A stretch of DNA of 64,000 bases from the IMG/VR virus record IMGVR_UViG_3300045988_113306; one strand, written 5' to 3'. Positions within the stretch are counted from its first letter, which is position 1. Every line of letters begins with the position of its first letter. Position numbers and translations under genes: made by a program. This DNA is from a virus. A model generated the notes under the pieces. It was not told the DNA's origin and ran no database searches. It saw only the letters and a program-made list of their open reading frames with translations. Positions 1 through 8,152 of the stretch are shown here, piece after piece.

Positions 1-24
1 CGACAATGCTTTTTGCCCCGATGA

Positions 25-498
25 TTATTGTTCTTGAATCCTCCTCAGAGTCATCGTCCTCAATTCCGTCATCTGAGCCGTTATAGTAAAAAAAAACTGC
101 ATGTCGATTTTTCGTATCACTTCCACAAGCACCGACATCCAAGTCCCTTTGTCGCTCTCCCACTCAATCTGCTCGCACAGGGCGTAGAACTCGTTGGAAA
201 ACTCCTTGGTCGCGTAGTCCTTGTATATCTTATCCTTGTCGTTCAGGACGGCATAGGCAAGACACCGTATGACAGCGGGGAGGCTGCGTGCGAATTGGTT
301 GAACAAGTCCACCATGTTGCCTTCATGATTCTTTTGTATCTTGCACGTTTCCTCGGCAATGAGCACCTGAGTGCCCATCTTCAATGCGGTTATCTTATAG
401 ACCTTGCCGCCAATTTCAATCTGCGTCGGGGAGTCGTTCATAATCTCCGCCAATCGCGTCATCGCGTCAAGCTCGCTGATTTTTTTGTCCTCGCTCAT
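25..498 (-). CDS. tail assembly chaperone-like protein (gpG-like)
   Basis: 157-aa ORF in tail block with ATGA overlap to upstream ORF. T9 run 25 codons before the stop, with the -1 frame open to the window edge, as in G/GT chaperone pairs. Confidence 0.5.
   Translation of the reverse strand: MSEDKKISELDAMTRLAEIMNDSPTQIEIGGKVYKITALKMGTQVLIAEETCKIQKNHEGNMVDLFNQFARSLPAVIRCLAYAVLNDKDKIYKDYATKEFSNEFYALCEQIEWESDKGTWMSVLVEVIRKIDMQFFFTITAQMTELRTMTLRRIQEQ
88..96 (-). other. candidate -1 programmed frameshift site (T9 on coding strand)
   Basis: A9 on plus strand = T9 in the ORF (CAG TTT TTT TTT ACT). The -1 frame (TAC TAT AAC GGC...) has no stop down to position 1; the +1 frame stops at once. Confidence 0.4.
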
Positions 499-929
499 TT
501 CAAGTATATTTGTCCCATGATATAGGACTGGAAATTTCTATTTTCAGTCCAACTCAATTCGCCAAATCGCTCATTGCGCTGTTCTTCCGTGCCGAAAGTG
601 ACGGGAAGCTCGGCAAGGGTACCCATCCGCTCATTGATAATCACGAGAGTCCTTCCTCTGCGGTAATAATATCCCGACATACCTTGCGAAGATGTCGATG
701 TTGACCAATATACGGTGATGTCACCCAACACCGCGGCGGGATTTTCGACCACAGCCCACACCCGCGATACATCGTTGGGGTCGGCAGTCCTTTTTGAATA
801 TTGATAGACTTTAACGACAAGATTCTCTATCGCCATAACCTCGGAAGTTTCGGGAGCATCGGGTACGGGGTTGTAGGGATAGTTCACGTCGTACTCCGTG
901 GTCAGTTTCTTTACATTATAGTTTGCCAT
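495..929 (-). CDS. hypothetical tail-module protein
   Basis: 144-aa ATG ORF between the putative tube gene and the chaperone-like gene; overlaps the downstream start by 4 nt. Confidence 0.5.
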   Translation of the reverse strand: MANYNVKKLTTEYDVNYPYNPVPDAPETSEVMAIENLVVKVYQYSKRTADPNDVSRVWAVVENPAAVLGDITVYWSTSTSSQGMSGYYYRRGRTLVIINERMGTLAELPVTFGTEEQRNERFGELSWTENRNFQSYIMGQIYLK

Positions 930-953
930 AGTTTTTCGTTTTAAATAAAGAGA

Positions 954-980
954 GGGCGGCGGCTCACGCCTTTACCGCCC
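954..980 (-). terminator. intrinsic terminator/attenuator after putative tail tube gene
   Basis: Minus strand GGGCGG-N15-CCGCCC hairpin followed by TCTCTTTATTT. Confidence 0.45.
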
Positions 981-1011
981 TGCTCCGTTTCAACCGTTGT
1001 TTACTGTTAGT

Positions 1012-1551
1012 TCATGCCGCTGTCTTGGTCATGACGGCCTCGTCGAACAAGCCGATGGCGGTGCGCTTGCCGTCGGCTATCTCGTAGGACTCGGCGGTTC
1101 CCGACAACGTACCGTATGCCACGTTGGTCTTCAAGGACTCGAATACGAGCTTGGGAGCAATGGCAATGCGGGGTATGTAGAGATAGCTGGTCTTGCTTCC
1201 GTAGGTGAACTTCACCTGTAGCGAGATGTAGCGGGTGGCGAATGTTTCGGGTGCAATATAACCTGTCTTGGGCGTGGTTATCGCCTCCCAACCCATCACA
1301 TTGGTGAGGAAGTCGGTGTCAATTGAGGCGTTGTTCAAGTCTACCGCGTAGGAACCGGCGGTGTAGTTGTTCAGGATGGGCGAGTCCGAGGTTTCGCAGT
1401 CAATGGTGTTTTCCTCAGGGTCGTCCTGCGTAACGCTGAGCGAGTCGGCGATAACGTAGTCAAGGGAGTCACCCGTGGTGGGTGCGGTTTCCCCCGTCCA
1501 TACGCCTACCAAAATCTCAAGCGCCTTGGTGTAAAGGGTCTTAGTTGCCAT
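1012..1551 (-). CDS. putative major tail (tube) protein
   Basis: 179-aa ORF upstream of chaperone-like genes and followed by a hairpin. Call rests on position and size only. Confidence 0.4.
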   Translation of the reverse strand: MATKTLYTKALEILVGVWTGETAPTTGDSLDYVIADSLSVTQDDPEENTIDCETSDSPILNNYTAGSYAVDLNNASIDTDFLTNVMGWEAITTPKTGYIAPETFATRYISLQVKFTYGSKTSYLYIPRIAIAPKLVFESLKTNVAYGTLSGTAESYEIADGKRTAIGLFDEAVMTKTAA

Positions 1552-1597
1552 AAATTACTTTAATTTAAACGTTTATAATTAAGTTAAGTGCAAAAAT

Positions 1598-1990
1598 CTA
1601 TCTGATAATGAGGTTCAATGCCACAATTATGTAATGCCAATTCAAGGCACTGTCGTAATCCGACATCCTATATAATGGAGCCAACATGTAACGGTCGTCG
1701 GCGGAATTGTCTATCACTTTGTTCATGGCCTTTTCCATCTTGGAGAGCTGGGCCACGTTCTTGCGCCCATTGGCGGTGGGCTTGGCGTAGAGGAACACAT
1801 TAACCGTCCCCTTGCCGTAGGCATTCAAGTCGCTTATTGCGTTGCCGCAGTCTATCAGCACCAAGTCGTTCACATCGTCCTCGATGGTGTTCGGCAAAGT
1901 GCCCGCATAGACGCTCTTGCTCACCTTGCCCTTGACTATCTTGTCAAGGTAGGTTTCTATGCTCGATATGTTCAGGTTGTCGTTAATCAT
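1598..1990 (-). CDS. hypothetical head-tail/tail completion protein
   Basis: Start trimmed to MINDNL (ATG 1990), which forms an ATGA overlap with the upstream stop. The longer track ORF overlaps its neighbour. Confidence 0.45.
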   Translation of the reverse strand: MINDNLNISSIETYLDKIVKGKVSKSVYAGTLPNTIEDDVNDLVLIDCGNAISDLNAYGKGTVNVFLYAKPTANGRKNVAQLSKMEKAMNKVIDNSADDRYMLAPLYRMSDYDSALNWHYIIVALNLIIR

Positions 1991-2445
1991 AATGTGCTGT
2001 ATATCCTCGCCCCTTTGAATTTGTTCGCTATGCCCTGCATGTCCCCCGCGACTTGCGAGATTATGCGGTATTTCCTCTGCGCCCCGCCAAACTCCTGTAT
2101 GGTGGTGTAGAAAACGGCATTGACGCAAACGAGTATGAACCCGTTGGACTCAGGCTTGTAGTTGTCAAAGAACATCGTAACATCGTCGCGTCCAAATGTC
2201 CTGTCGTAGCCTTTTGCGGCCCATGCGTTGTGAGGCTGGTCGGCTGTGCGGTTGGGAGTGAGAAAGCCTTGTTTCTTTTTCTCTCCTTTGTAATATACGC
2301 ACCATCCGTAGGCGTCCAATTGATTCTTCTTGCGGTTCTGCGTTTCCTTTGTCTGTGCGGCATTGCGGATTACCTTTTCCCCTTGCTCGGCGAGGTAGTC
2401 GACAATTTTGTTTATTTGTCGCTGTAAGAGATTAATTGACGCCAT
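1987..2445 (-). CDS. hypothetical virion morphogenesis protein
   Basis: 152-aa ORF in a same-strand operon with overlapping ends. Confidence 0.5.
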   Translation of the reverse strand: MASINLLQRQINKIVDYLAEQGEKVIRNAAQTKETQNRKKNQLDAYGWCVYYKGEKKKQGFLTPNRTADQPHNAWAAKGYDRTFGRDDVTMFFDNYKPESNGFILVCVNAVFYTTIQEFGGAQRKYRIISQVAGDMQGIANKFKGARIYSTL

Positions 2446-2830
2446 TCTCGGTAATTACTTTAATGTCAACACTCATGCCGCCTAATTGGGAAGGTCGGAC
2501 AAATTCAACCTTACCCTCAATGGTCTGCCCGTAAAACTCGCCACGGAATACATGACCGCGTCTTACGCCACAGTCAAGGTATTTGTCAATTGTGCCGGTA
2601 GCATTTGGATTCTCTTGTAGCGGAAAATATATAGTGTATTCCGCAATGAATAAGTTTGATTGACGCAAGCCACTACGCTTCTGCACATCGACTACGGTTT
2701 CATAGACCAATACTTCTTGCTCAACTTGTTGGTCTAAATCAAGCGACTCGTCAACCTCATATTTAAAGAATGCCCCCGAAAATGGGAAGTCAGCCATATC
2801 AAGCGAGCTTATGTCAAATTCTTCTATCAT
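2432..2830 (-). CDS. hypothetical virion morphogenesis protein
   Basis: 132-aa ORF, tightly packed in the structural operon. Confidence 0.5.
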   Translation of the reverse strand: MIEEFDISSLDMADFPFSGAFFKYEVDESLDLDQQVEQEVLVYETVVDVQKRSGLRQSNLFIAEYTIYFPLQENPNATGTIDKYLDCGVRRGHVFRGEFYGQTIEGKVEFVRPSQLGGMSVDIKVITENGVN

Positions 2831-2833
2831 AGC

Positions 2834-3193
2834 CTAATCCATCCATTGACAACCACCCACATCTTTTAGATTCTCCCAAATTTCAGCGTCGGGATTTTCA
2901 TATAGCTTCATCATGAGGCTATATATGTCGTTCTTGTCCGTGATGATAGTGCCCCCGATTGTAACGCTGAAGTCACCATGACTACGAGTCTTGCTTCCCG
3001 TGTTGCTTGGTGAGGTGAACAAGACCATGAGCATGTCGGCTATGACAAGATTCCTGTCACGGCGTGATATGTCAGTCCAATCGGTTACGTTTATCAGACC
3101 ACGCTCCGTAGCAATTCGCTCCACGGCTTTGAGTGGGATAGGATAGCCGATTAACGACCCTAAGTATTCTACGACATTAAAATTACTTGTCAT
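2834..3193 (-). CDS. hypothetical virion protein
   Basis: Start trimmed to MTSNFNVV (ATG 3193). The upstream part of the track ORF overlaps 3249..3596 and looks non-coding (Ala/Thr-rich). Confidence 0.45.
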   Translation of the reverse strand: MTSNFNVVEYLGSLIGYPIPLKAVERIATERGLINVTDWTDISRRDRNLVIADMLMVLFTSPSNTGSKTRSHGDFSVTIGGTIITDKNDIYSLMMKLYENPDAEIWENLKDVGGCQWMD

Positions 3194-3248
3194 TGCAAAC
3201 GGTTGAAAGGTTATGGAGGGGAAAGGTATCTCTCCCCTCCGAATAATT

Positions 3249-3596
3249 CTACATAAATCTGCCTCGTGAATCCCTACGACGGCGGTATTCCATGTCGTCG
3301 TCCTCGTATTCGTCATACTCACGGTAGTTGGTGCTGCCACCGCTTCGGTTGCCTCCGCGTCCGCCGCCTTGGCCCCCACGGTAGAGGATGTCGCGTCCGC
3401 CCTCGCCGCCCCAATGGGTAGCTCGGCGCTCGTCCATCTGTTCCTCAAACTCCTTCATGGCCTTCTTGTAGCCATGTCGGCAACCCTCCTCATAAGCCTC
3501 CATGAGCTCAGGGTCGTGTTGATACTTCTCCTTGCCACGGTAGAATATGCCTGCTCCCATGTAGTCGGGTTCTGAAAATATACTCAATCTTCTCAT
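3249..3596 (-). CDS. RGG/Gly-Arg-rich small protein with acidic patch
   Basis: 115-aa ORF with GGEGGRD..RGGQGGGRGGNRSGG followed by EYDEYEDDD. ATGA-type overlap with the upstream gene. Confidence 0.5.
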   Translation of the reverse strand: MRRLSIFSEPDYMGAGIFYRGKEKYQHDPELMEAYEEGCRHGYKKAMKEFEEQMDERRATHWGGEGGRDILYRGGQGGGRGGNRSGGSTNYREYDEYEDDDMEYRRRRDSRGRFM

Positions 3597-4150
3597 TGTT
3601 CCTTGTTTTTAGTTTGTTTGGCGTTTCCTCCGTCGAGCTTGCTCATCAATGCCTGCATCTGTTCTATTAGCTGGCGATTCATTTCCTGCTGCTGTTGCAA
3701 ACCTTTTTCAAGATTCGCAATCTTCTCTTCGTTGCGCTTTTTCTCGGCATCCTCCGGGCTTAGAACCCCTATCCACTCGTCATACTTGGGAATCATCTCC
3801 TCATGGTACTTCGTCAGCTTCAAGTGGTTCTCGCTCTGATTCTTCAAACCCCTCAGCTCGTTCAGCATGGTTTCCTTGTCCTCGGTGACAAACACCGTCT
3901 TAGCGGGATTGTCAAACACGTTCTTGTCGGTCGGAAGCCCAGACAAAGTCTGTGTGCCCGATGGAGTTTGGACTTTCAGGTCAACAACTTGTATCGTCTG
4001 CTGCTGATTGTACGGACTGTTGTATTGGGGATTCATCGGCACGGTCGTGTAGCGCAGCTTGGGCTCGTCGCTTACAGTGCCTATCTCGAAAGTGCGGTTG
4101 GCCTTGTCAAGAATGAATATCTGTGAGTTAACTCTGACGGTTGAAAACAT
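3593..4150 (-). CDS. hypothetical coiled-coil virion/assembly protein
   Basis: 185-aa ORF; C-terminal half rich in E/K/Q heptad-like sequence. Confidence 0.5.
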   Translation of the reverse strand: MFSTVRVNSQIFILDKANRTFEIGTVSDEPKLRYTTVPMNPQYNSPYNQQQTIQVVDLKVQTPSGTQTLSGLPTDKNVFDNPAKTVFVTEDKETMLNELRGLKNQSENHLKLTKYHEEMIPKYDEWIGVLSPEDAEKKRNEEKIANLEKGLQQQQEMNRQLIEQMQALMSKLDGGNAKQTKNKEQ

Positions 4151-4173
4151 TATTGTTAAATTTTAAGTTGATG

Positions 4174-4596
4174 TTATGCCCCAGCTGCGGCGGGAGTGAT
4201 TGTTATTAAGAGCGAGTCGTTTATCGCCACTCCGTTTGCACGTGTGCAGTTGACAAAAGCTGGTTGTATATCTCTGCCCTGAACGGTCAGGGTGACTGCG
4301 GTAGGCAAAGCAGTCACATCCGAGAACGACAATACGAACTGCTCGTTGAAGAGGTAGGACTTGGCGGTGCATCCACATCCGGGAGTTACTATTGAAACAA
4401 TAGCCTTGACTGGGATGAACAATGCGGTGCCGTTGATGCGGGCAGTGCCGACCTGATAAGTCACGGTAGCTTGGGGAAGCATCTCCGCGTTTATGCAGTA
4501 GGCATTGCACAAACGTTCTTTAATTGTCGCAGTCACACGGAGTTCGTTTGCGACTGGCGCTGCGGTCAGACCCGCAGGAGCGATATTGATAGCCAT
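4174..4596 (-). CDS. hypothetical structural protein
   Basis: 140-aa ORF with Ala/Thr/Val-rich beta-like composition; first gene after the divergent gap with the HNH gene. Confidence 0.5.
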   Translation of the reverse strand: MAINIAPAGLTAAPVANELRVTATIKERLCNAYCINAEMLPQATVTYQVGTARINGTALFIPVKAIVSIVTPGCGCTAKSYLFNEQFVLSFSDVTALPTAVTLTVQGRDIQPAFVNCTRANGVAINDSLLITITPAAAGA

Positions 4597-4736
4597 AATA
4601 CTTTGAAATTAGAGCTTAAATTATTAACTTTGTAGTCGGGATAGACAGGAGTCATGACCTGTTGATAAGGAGGTTTTTCGTCAACTTTCCTCTTTCCCCT
4701 TTTATTTTTCTAAGTTGACCTAACAAAAAAATTGAT

Positions 4737-5399
4737 ATGACAAACGAAGATTTTATTAAGGAGATTTCGCTTGAAGGCGAAGAATGGCGTGACGTAGTCG
4801 GATATGAAGGTCTATATATGGTTTCGTCACATGGTCGCTGCGTTTCACTAAACCGAGTCGTAGTTACTAAAGATAAAAAAGCTTTACCTATAAAGCAACG
4901 AATCTTGTCGGCCACTTTTGACGGGCATGGATATTATATTTTCCAATTGTGGAAAAATAATACTGTCCGTAAAATCTCTGCGCACAGATTGGTAGCAATA
5001 GCTTTCATTCCTAATCCATGCAAATATCCAGAGATTGACCATATTGACAATGTCCATACAAACAACCATGTTGATAATTTACGATGGTGTACGAGTTCAA
5101 TGAACAAAATGAACCCTATAACTCGCAAAAACCACTCTATTGCTATGAAGGGACGACCCAACACTGCAATAATGAAAACTGTCGTGAGAATAAACCCTCT
5201 ATCAAAGCACGATATTAAAATATATCGTAGTGCTATTGACACTAAAGCCGACGGTTTTAACTGGCGACAAGTTGGAATTATTTGTCGGAAAGACAGAAAA
5301 GTTCATACCCATAAAGGTTATATATGGATGTTCTTATCCGATTACGAAAACCTCAATATCAACGATGTCAATGTACTCTTAGAATCGGGAGAGGAATAA
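4737..5399 (+). CDS. free-standing HNH homing endonuclease (NUMOD4-like N-terminus + HNH_3-like core)
   Basis: WRDVVGYEGLYMVSSHGRCVSL and AHRLVAIAFIPNP..IDHIDNVHTNNHVDNLRWCT motifs. Lone plus-strand gene inside the leftward virion operon. Confidence 0.85.
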   Translation: MTNEDFIKEISLEGEEWRDVVGYEGLYMVSSHGRCVSLNRVVVTKDKKALPIKQRILSATFDGHGYYIFQLWKNNTVRKISAHRLVAIAFIPNPCKYPEIDHIDNVHTNNHVDNLRWCTSSMNKMNPITRKNHSIAMKGRPNTAIMKTVVRINPLSKHDIKIYRSAIDTKADGFNWRQVGIICRKDRKVHTHKGYIWMFLSDYENLNINDVNVLLESGEE

Positions 5400-5409
5400 A
5401 TCCTCTCCC
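5387..5409. terminator. bidirectional hairpin between convergent genes
   Basis: GGGAGAGGA-ATAAA-TCCTCTCCC, perfect 9-bp stem between the HNH stop and the stop of 5427..6401. Confidence 0.55.
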
Positions 5410-5426
5410 TCTATCCGATAGCTTGT

Positions 5427-6401
5427 TTAGCAACAGCCACAGCCTTGGTTGCAGCATCCATTGTTGTTATTGCAACAACCGCCGTTGTTATATCCGTTGA
5501 AAGGATAACCGAAGTTGTTGCAGCCACAACCGTTCACGTTTGGCACCCAATAAGCGGGGATGGGCGCAGGATTGATTCGCTGTACGACGTTTGTTGCAGT
5601 CTGCTGCGCAAGGGCGGAATCACGATACTGAGCCACTTGGTCGCGGAGATTCTGGTTCTCACGCTGCATCTCGCGCATTTCCAACTGACAGAACTTGTCG
5701 TTGATAAGAGTGGTTTGGTTTCCGATGGCTTGAACGATAGCGTTTGTCTGAGCCTGACGCTCGTAAGCCTCGGCGGCAAAACCACGCTCCACAGAACTGT
5801 TGACGAAGTTGATTGAGTTCTGCAAAGTGTTGGTTTGATTGCACATTTGGAGGGCGATGTCGCCCTTGAAGTCGGCGATTTGCTGGCGGAGGTCGCAGCA
5901 GCAAGAAGCCATCTGACTTGCAAGCTGACAGTTGCCCGCCTGAATAGCGTTGATGACCTGCATACTTGTCATGCCGACCTGATTGCCGACATTGCAGATT
6001 GCGCTCTGAAGTTGGTTGAGCGAACCCTGCACGGCGTTGATGTCACAGTTCAGGTTAGAGGCAAGCTGAGAAATTGCGGTGCCGTTGCCCTGAATAGCCG
6101 ACATCAATAAATCACGGCCGGTGTCATTGGCAAGCTGTCCAGCGAGGAAGTTGCCTTCGCCTTGTCCATTACCGCCGAAACCGGCCCATCCGTTGCGGCC
6201 CCAGCCCATAAGGAAGAAAAGGAAGATGACCCATATCCATGAGCCGTTTCCATCTCCAAATCCATTACCACGATTGCTCATGAGAGCAGTCACTAAATTG
6301 GGGTCAAGTCCGCGATTCTGACAAAGGGACGCGATAAGACCCATCATGCCGCTGTTACCACAGCCGCCTTCATTGTTGTCGAAAACATACGTTTTGTCCA
6401 T
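5427..6401 (-). CDS. Cys/Gly/Asn-rich membrane-anchored protein of unknown function
   Basis: 324-aa ORF: Gly/Asn-rich N-terminus, one hydrophobic span (WIWVIFLFFLMGW), Q/N-rich middle with spaced Cys, C-terminal GCGCNN..GGCCNNNNGCCNQGCGCC. Confidence 0.7.
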   Translation of the reverse strand: MDKTYVFDNNEGGCGNSGMMGLIASLCQNRGLDPNLVTALMSNRGNGFGDGNGSWIWVIFLFFLMGWGRNGWAGFGGNGQGEGNFLAGQLANDTGRDLLMSAIQGNGTAISQLASNLNCDINAVQGSLNQLQSAICNVGNQVGMTSMQVINAIQAGNCQLASQMASCCCDLRQQIADFKGDIALQMCNQTNTLQNSINFVNSSVERGFAAEAYERQAQTNAIVQAIGNQTTLINDKFCQLEMREMQRENQNLRDQVAQYRDSALAQQTATNVVQRINPAPIPAYWVPNVNGCGCNNFGYPFNGYNNGGCCNNNNGCCNQGCGCC

Positions 6402-6458
6402 ACAATAAAATATTTAATAGTTAATAAAATGAGTTAATAAAAAATGAATATCTTGTTG

Positions 6459-6466
6459 CAAATATA
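6459..6466 (-). promoter_or_regulatory. -7 box TATATTTG (late promoter candidate)
   Basis: Plus strand CAAATATA. Lies 57 nt from the centre of palindrome 6509-6523 and 58 nt upstream of ATG 6401. Confidence 0.5.
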
Positions 6467-6508
6467 ACGTTGAGTTCATTTATGTTTGCGTCATAATCCG
6501 ACATATAG

Positions 6509-6523
6509 TTGATACAGTATCAA
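6509..6523. promoter_or_regulatory. palindromic operator/activator site TTGATACAGTATCAA
   Basis: Perfect 7-bp arms. Same site at 21192-21206; half-site at 23967-23981. Confidence 0.6.
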
Positions 6524-6529
6524 ACTTTT

Positions 6530-7921
6530 TCAGTTTCGTGTTATCTGCGCCGTCAGCCACTGTGCGATGACCCAGCTTGCCCCTTGGTCGGTGGAAGCCT
6601 CGACGACTATGCCCTTGGTCACGCCGACGGGGATGATGCCCTGTAGGTTCAGGTACACGGTGGCCGTCGCGTTTGGCCCAATGGTCACGAGGTTGGTGAG
6701 CGTAGTGACATTACCATTGGAGGTTATGCCCGCTTCCACGGTCTTGCCGTCGTAGGGGGTGTTGTAGGTAGGGTCGCCCGCTGTCTGCCTGAAATCGCCC
6801 ACGGCGTGTGCGCGTAGCATCATGCGCACGTAGGTGGCGTTGGCAAGAGTGCCTCGAGTGTGTACGGCCAAGTTGCGCGTTCCCGTATTTTTGATGGATG
6901 TCTTGATGCCGAGGTCGGCTGTGTAAGATGTCTTGACCGTCGTGAGGTCGAAGAAACTCGCCGTAGTGGCAGGAAATGTTACGGTGTATTGCAGCCCCGT
7001 GAACACGTAGGAGAAGAAGTTGGCGATTGTTATGTTGGCTTGGTGCTCGGTGTGCGTGCGGTCGTTCCACGGGGCGAGGTAGCCGAGGCCGGAGAAGTCG
7101 GCGTTTACGGCCTTGAAGTGGTCGCCCGATGCCGCCGCTCGGTGGCTCTCGCCCGTCGACGACAGCCCCATGACCCCGTAGATTGCGATTAGCTTCACCT
7201 CGCCGTTGTCGATGTCTACGGAGGGGAACTTGGCCTTGAACGCCGTCTTTAGTTCCGACATGGTAATCACGATGGACTGCCCGTCGAACTTTCCCATCGC
7301 CGACAGTTTCTTAGTGGATGCCGCCCAAAGGAACGGAGTGTCGGACGAGAAGCTGCTGCTGTCCTTATAGTAGAGCTCCACGACATAGACGAGGTTGGTT
7401 TCCGGCCAAAACTCATTGATGCCTATTTCGGTGTTTGCATCGGCTTGGATGTAGAAGCGCAGGGAGTTGGATGCAAACCCGTTAATGGTAATCTGCGACC
7501 CCTTGTTGCCGTCCATGCCCGCGAGAACGGGCTGCACGGCATTTTGGTTGTAGCCGTCGAAGTCGTCGAGGCGACCGTAGTCGGTAGTGCGCACCGTCAG
7601 ATAGGTGTAGTTTTTATATCCCGATGTCGCTCCCGCCGCCTTGACACCCATACTGGCGTTCTTCAGCATATTGGTTCCCGTCACTCGCGGGTACTCCATG
7701 CCCCAAGTGCCCTCGCCTGAATTGTGTTGAAAGGGCCGGGGCAGTGAGGCGTATGAGATGTTGCGCAGCGGCTTGGTTCTTGACCACTTGTTTATTGTCG
7801 ATGCTGATATTGCCGAATAGCTGTCGTAGTAGCCGTCGCTTTTGCGACCGACGCCGAGCGTTCCGCAGATGTCGGGTTCCACGCCTACGGGAGGCGTGAT
7901 TCTGCCGTTGGTGTTAGCCAT
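6530..7921 (-). CDS. tail fibre / receptor-binding protein paralogue 2
   Basis: Start trimmed to MANTNGRITPPVGVEPD, which aligns with MGHSNGKIFGPVSFEAD of 8153..9355. The two also share a DFDGY(D/N)(H/Q)NAV block. Confidence 0.6.
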   Translation of the reverse strand: MANTNGRITPPVGVEPDICGTLGVGRKSDGYYDSYSAISASTINKWSRTKPLRNISYASLPRPFQHNSGEGTWGMEYPRVTGTNMLKNASMGVKAAGATSGYKNYTYLTVRTTDYGRLDDFDGYNQNAVQPVLAGMDGNKGSQITINGFASNSLRFYIQADANTEIGINEFWPETNLVYVVELYYKDSSSFSSDTPFLWAASTKKLSAMGKFDGQSIVITMSELKTAFKAKFPSVDIDNGEVKLIAIYGVMGLSSTGESHRAAASGDHFKAVNADFSGLGYLAPWNDRTHTEHQANITIANFFSYVFTGLQYTVTFPATTASFFDLTTVKTSYTADLGIKTSIKNTGTRNLAVHTRGTLANATYVRMMLRAHAVGDFRQTAGDPTYNTPYDGKTVEAGITSNGNVTTLTNLVTIGPNATATVYLNLQGIIPVGVTKGIVVEASTDQGASWVIAQWLTAQITRN

Positions 7922-8075
7922 GACAACCTCCTCCCCGAATGGCCCAAGTGCCTGTGACAAGCACATTGGCGCGGTTAACGAAGTCATCGACAAACAGATT
8001 GCCGACAAAAACAGTGGCCTCAGATACATCGAAATGCTCATCTATCTCGTCCTCCTTGCAGGTAATGAGGTTGTA

Positions 8076-8084
8076 CCCCCCCCC
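8076..8084. repeat. homopolymer C9 (G9 on coding strand)
   Basis: Counted directly: ttgtaCCCCCCCCCattg. Confidence 0.95.
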
Positions 8085-8095
8085 ATTGTTAGTAA

Positions 8096-8113
8096 TTGGT
8101 TGTTAACAACCAA
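8096..8113. repeat. perfect 18-bp palindrome TTGGTTGTTAACAACCAA
   Basis: Read directly. Lies 11 nt from the G9 tract, between the two fibre paralogues. Confidence 0.9.
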
Positions 8114-8152
8114 GTTACCTTTGATTAGTATATCTATTTTTGTTTTCATACC

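Larger units (their letters stand above)
7919..8149 (-). other. small ORF interrupted by a G9 tract
   Basis: ATG 8149 (or ATG 8086 directly followed by the G run) stops after 36 codons. With G10 the frame runs to a TAA overlapping ATG 7921 (ATGGCTAA). Confidence 0.4.

Noticed and set aside
2834-3448. 204-aa version of the ORF overlapping 3249..3596 by 200 nt.
   Set aside because: The overlapping N-terminal part is Ala/Thr/Arg-rich shadow sequence. The internal Met at 3193 gives a compact gene arrangement.
7922-8041. Signal-peptide-like N-terminal extension (MSISMYLRPLFLSAICLSMTSLTAPMCLSQA..) of fibre paralogue 2, preceded by AAGGAGG.
   Set aside because: The paralogue alignment starts at MANTNG (ATG 7921). 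Shine-Dalgarno sequences are not used elsewhere in this genome. The same DNA is also open in the G10-restored frame. The possibility is not fully excluded.
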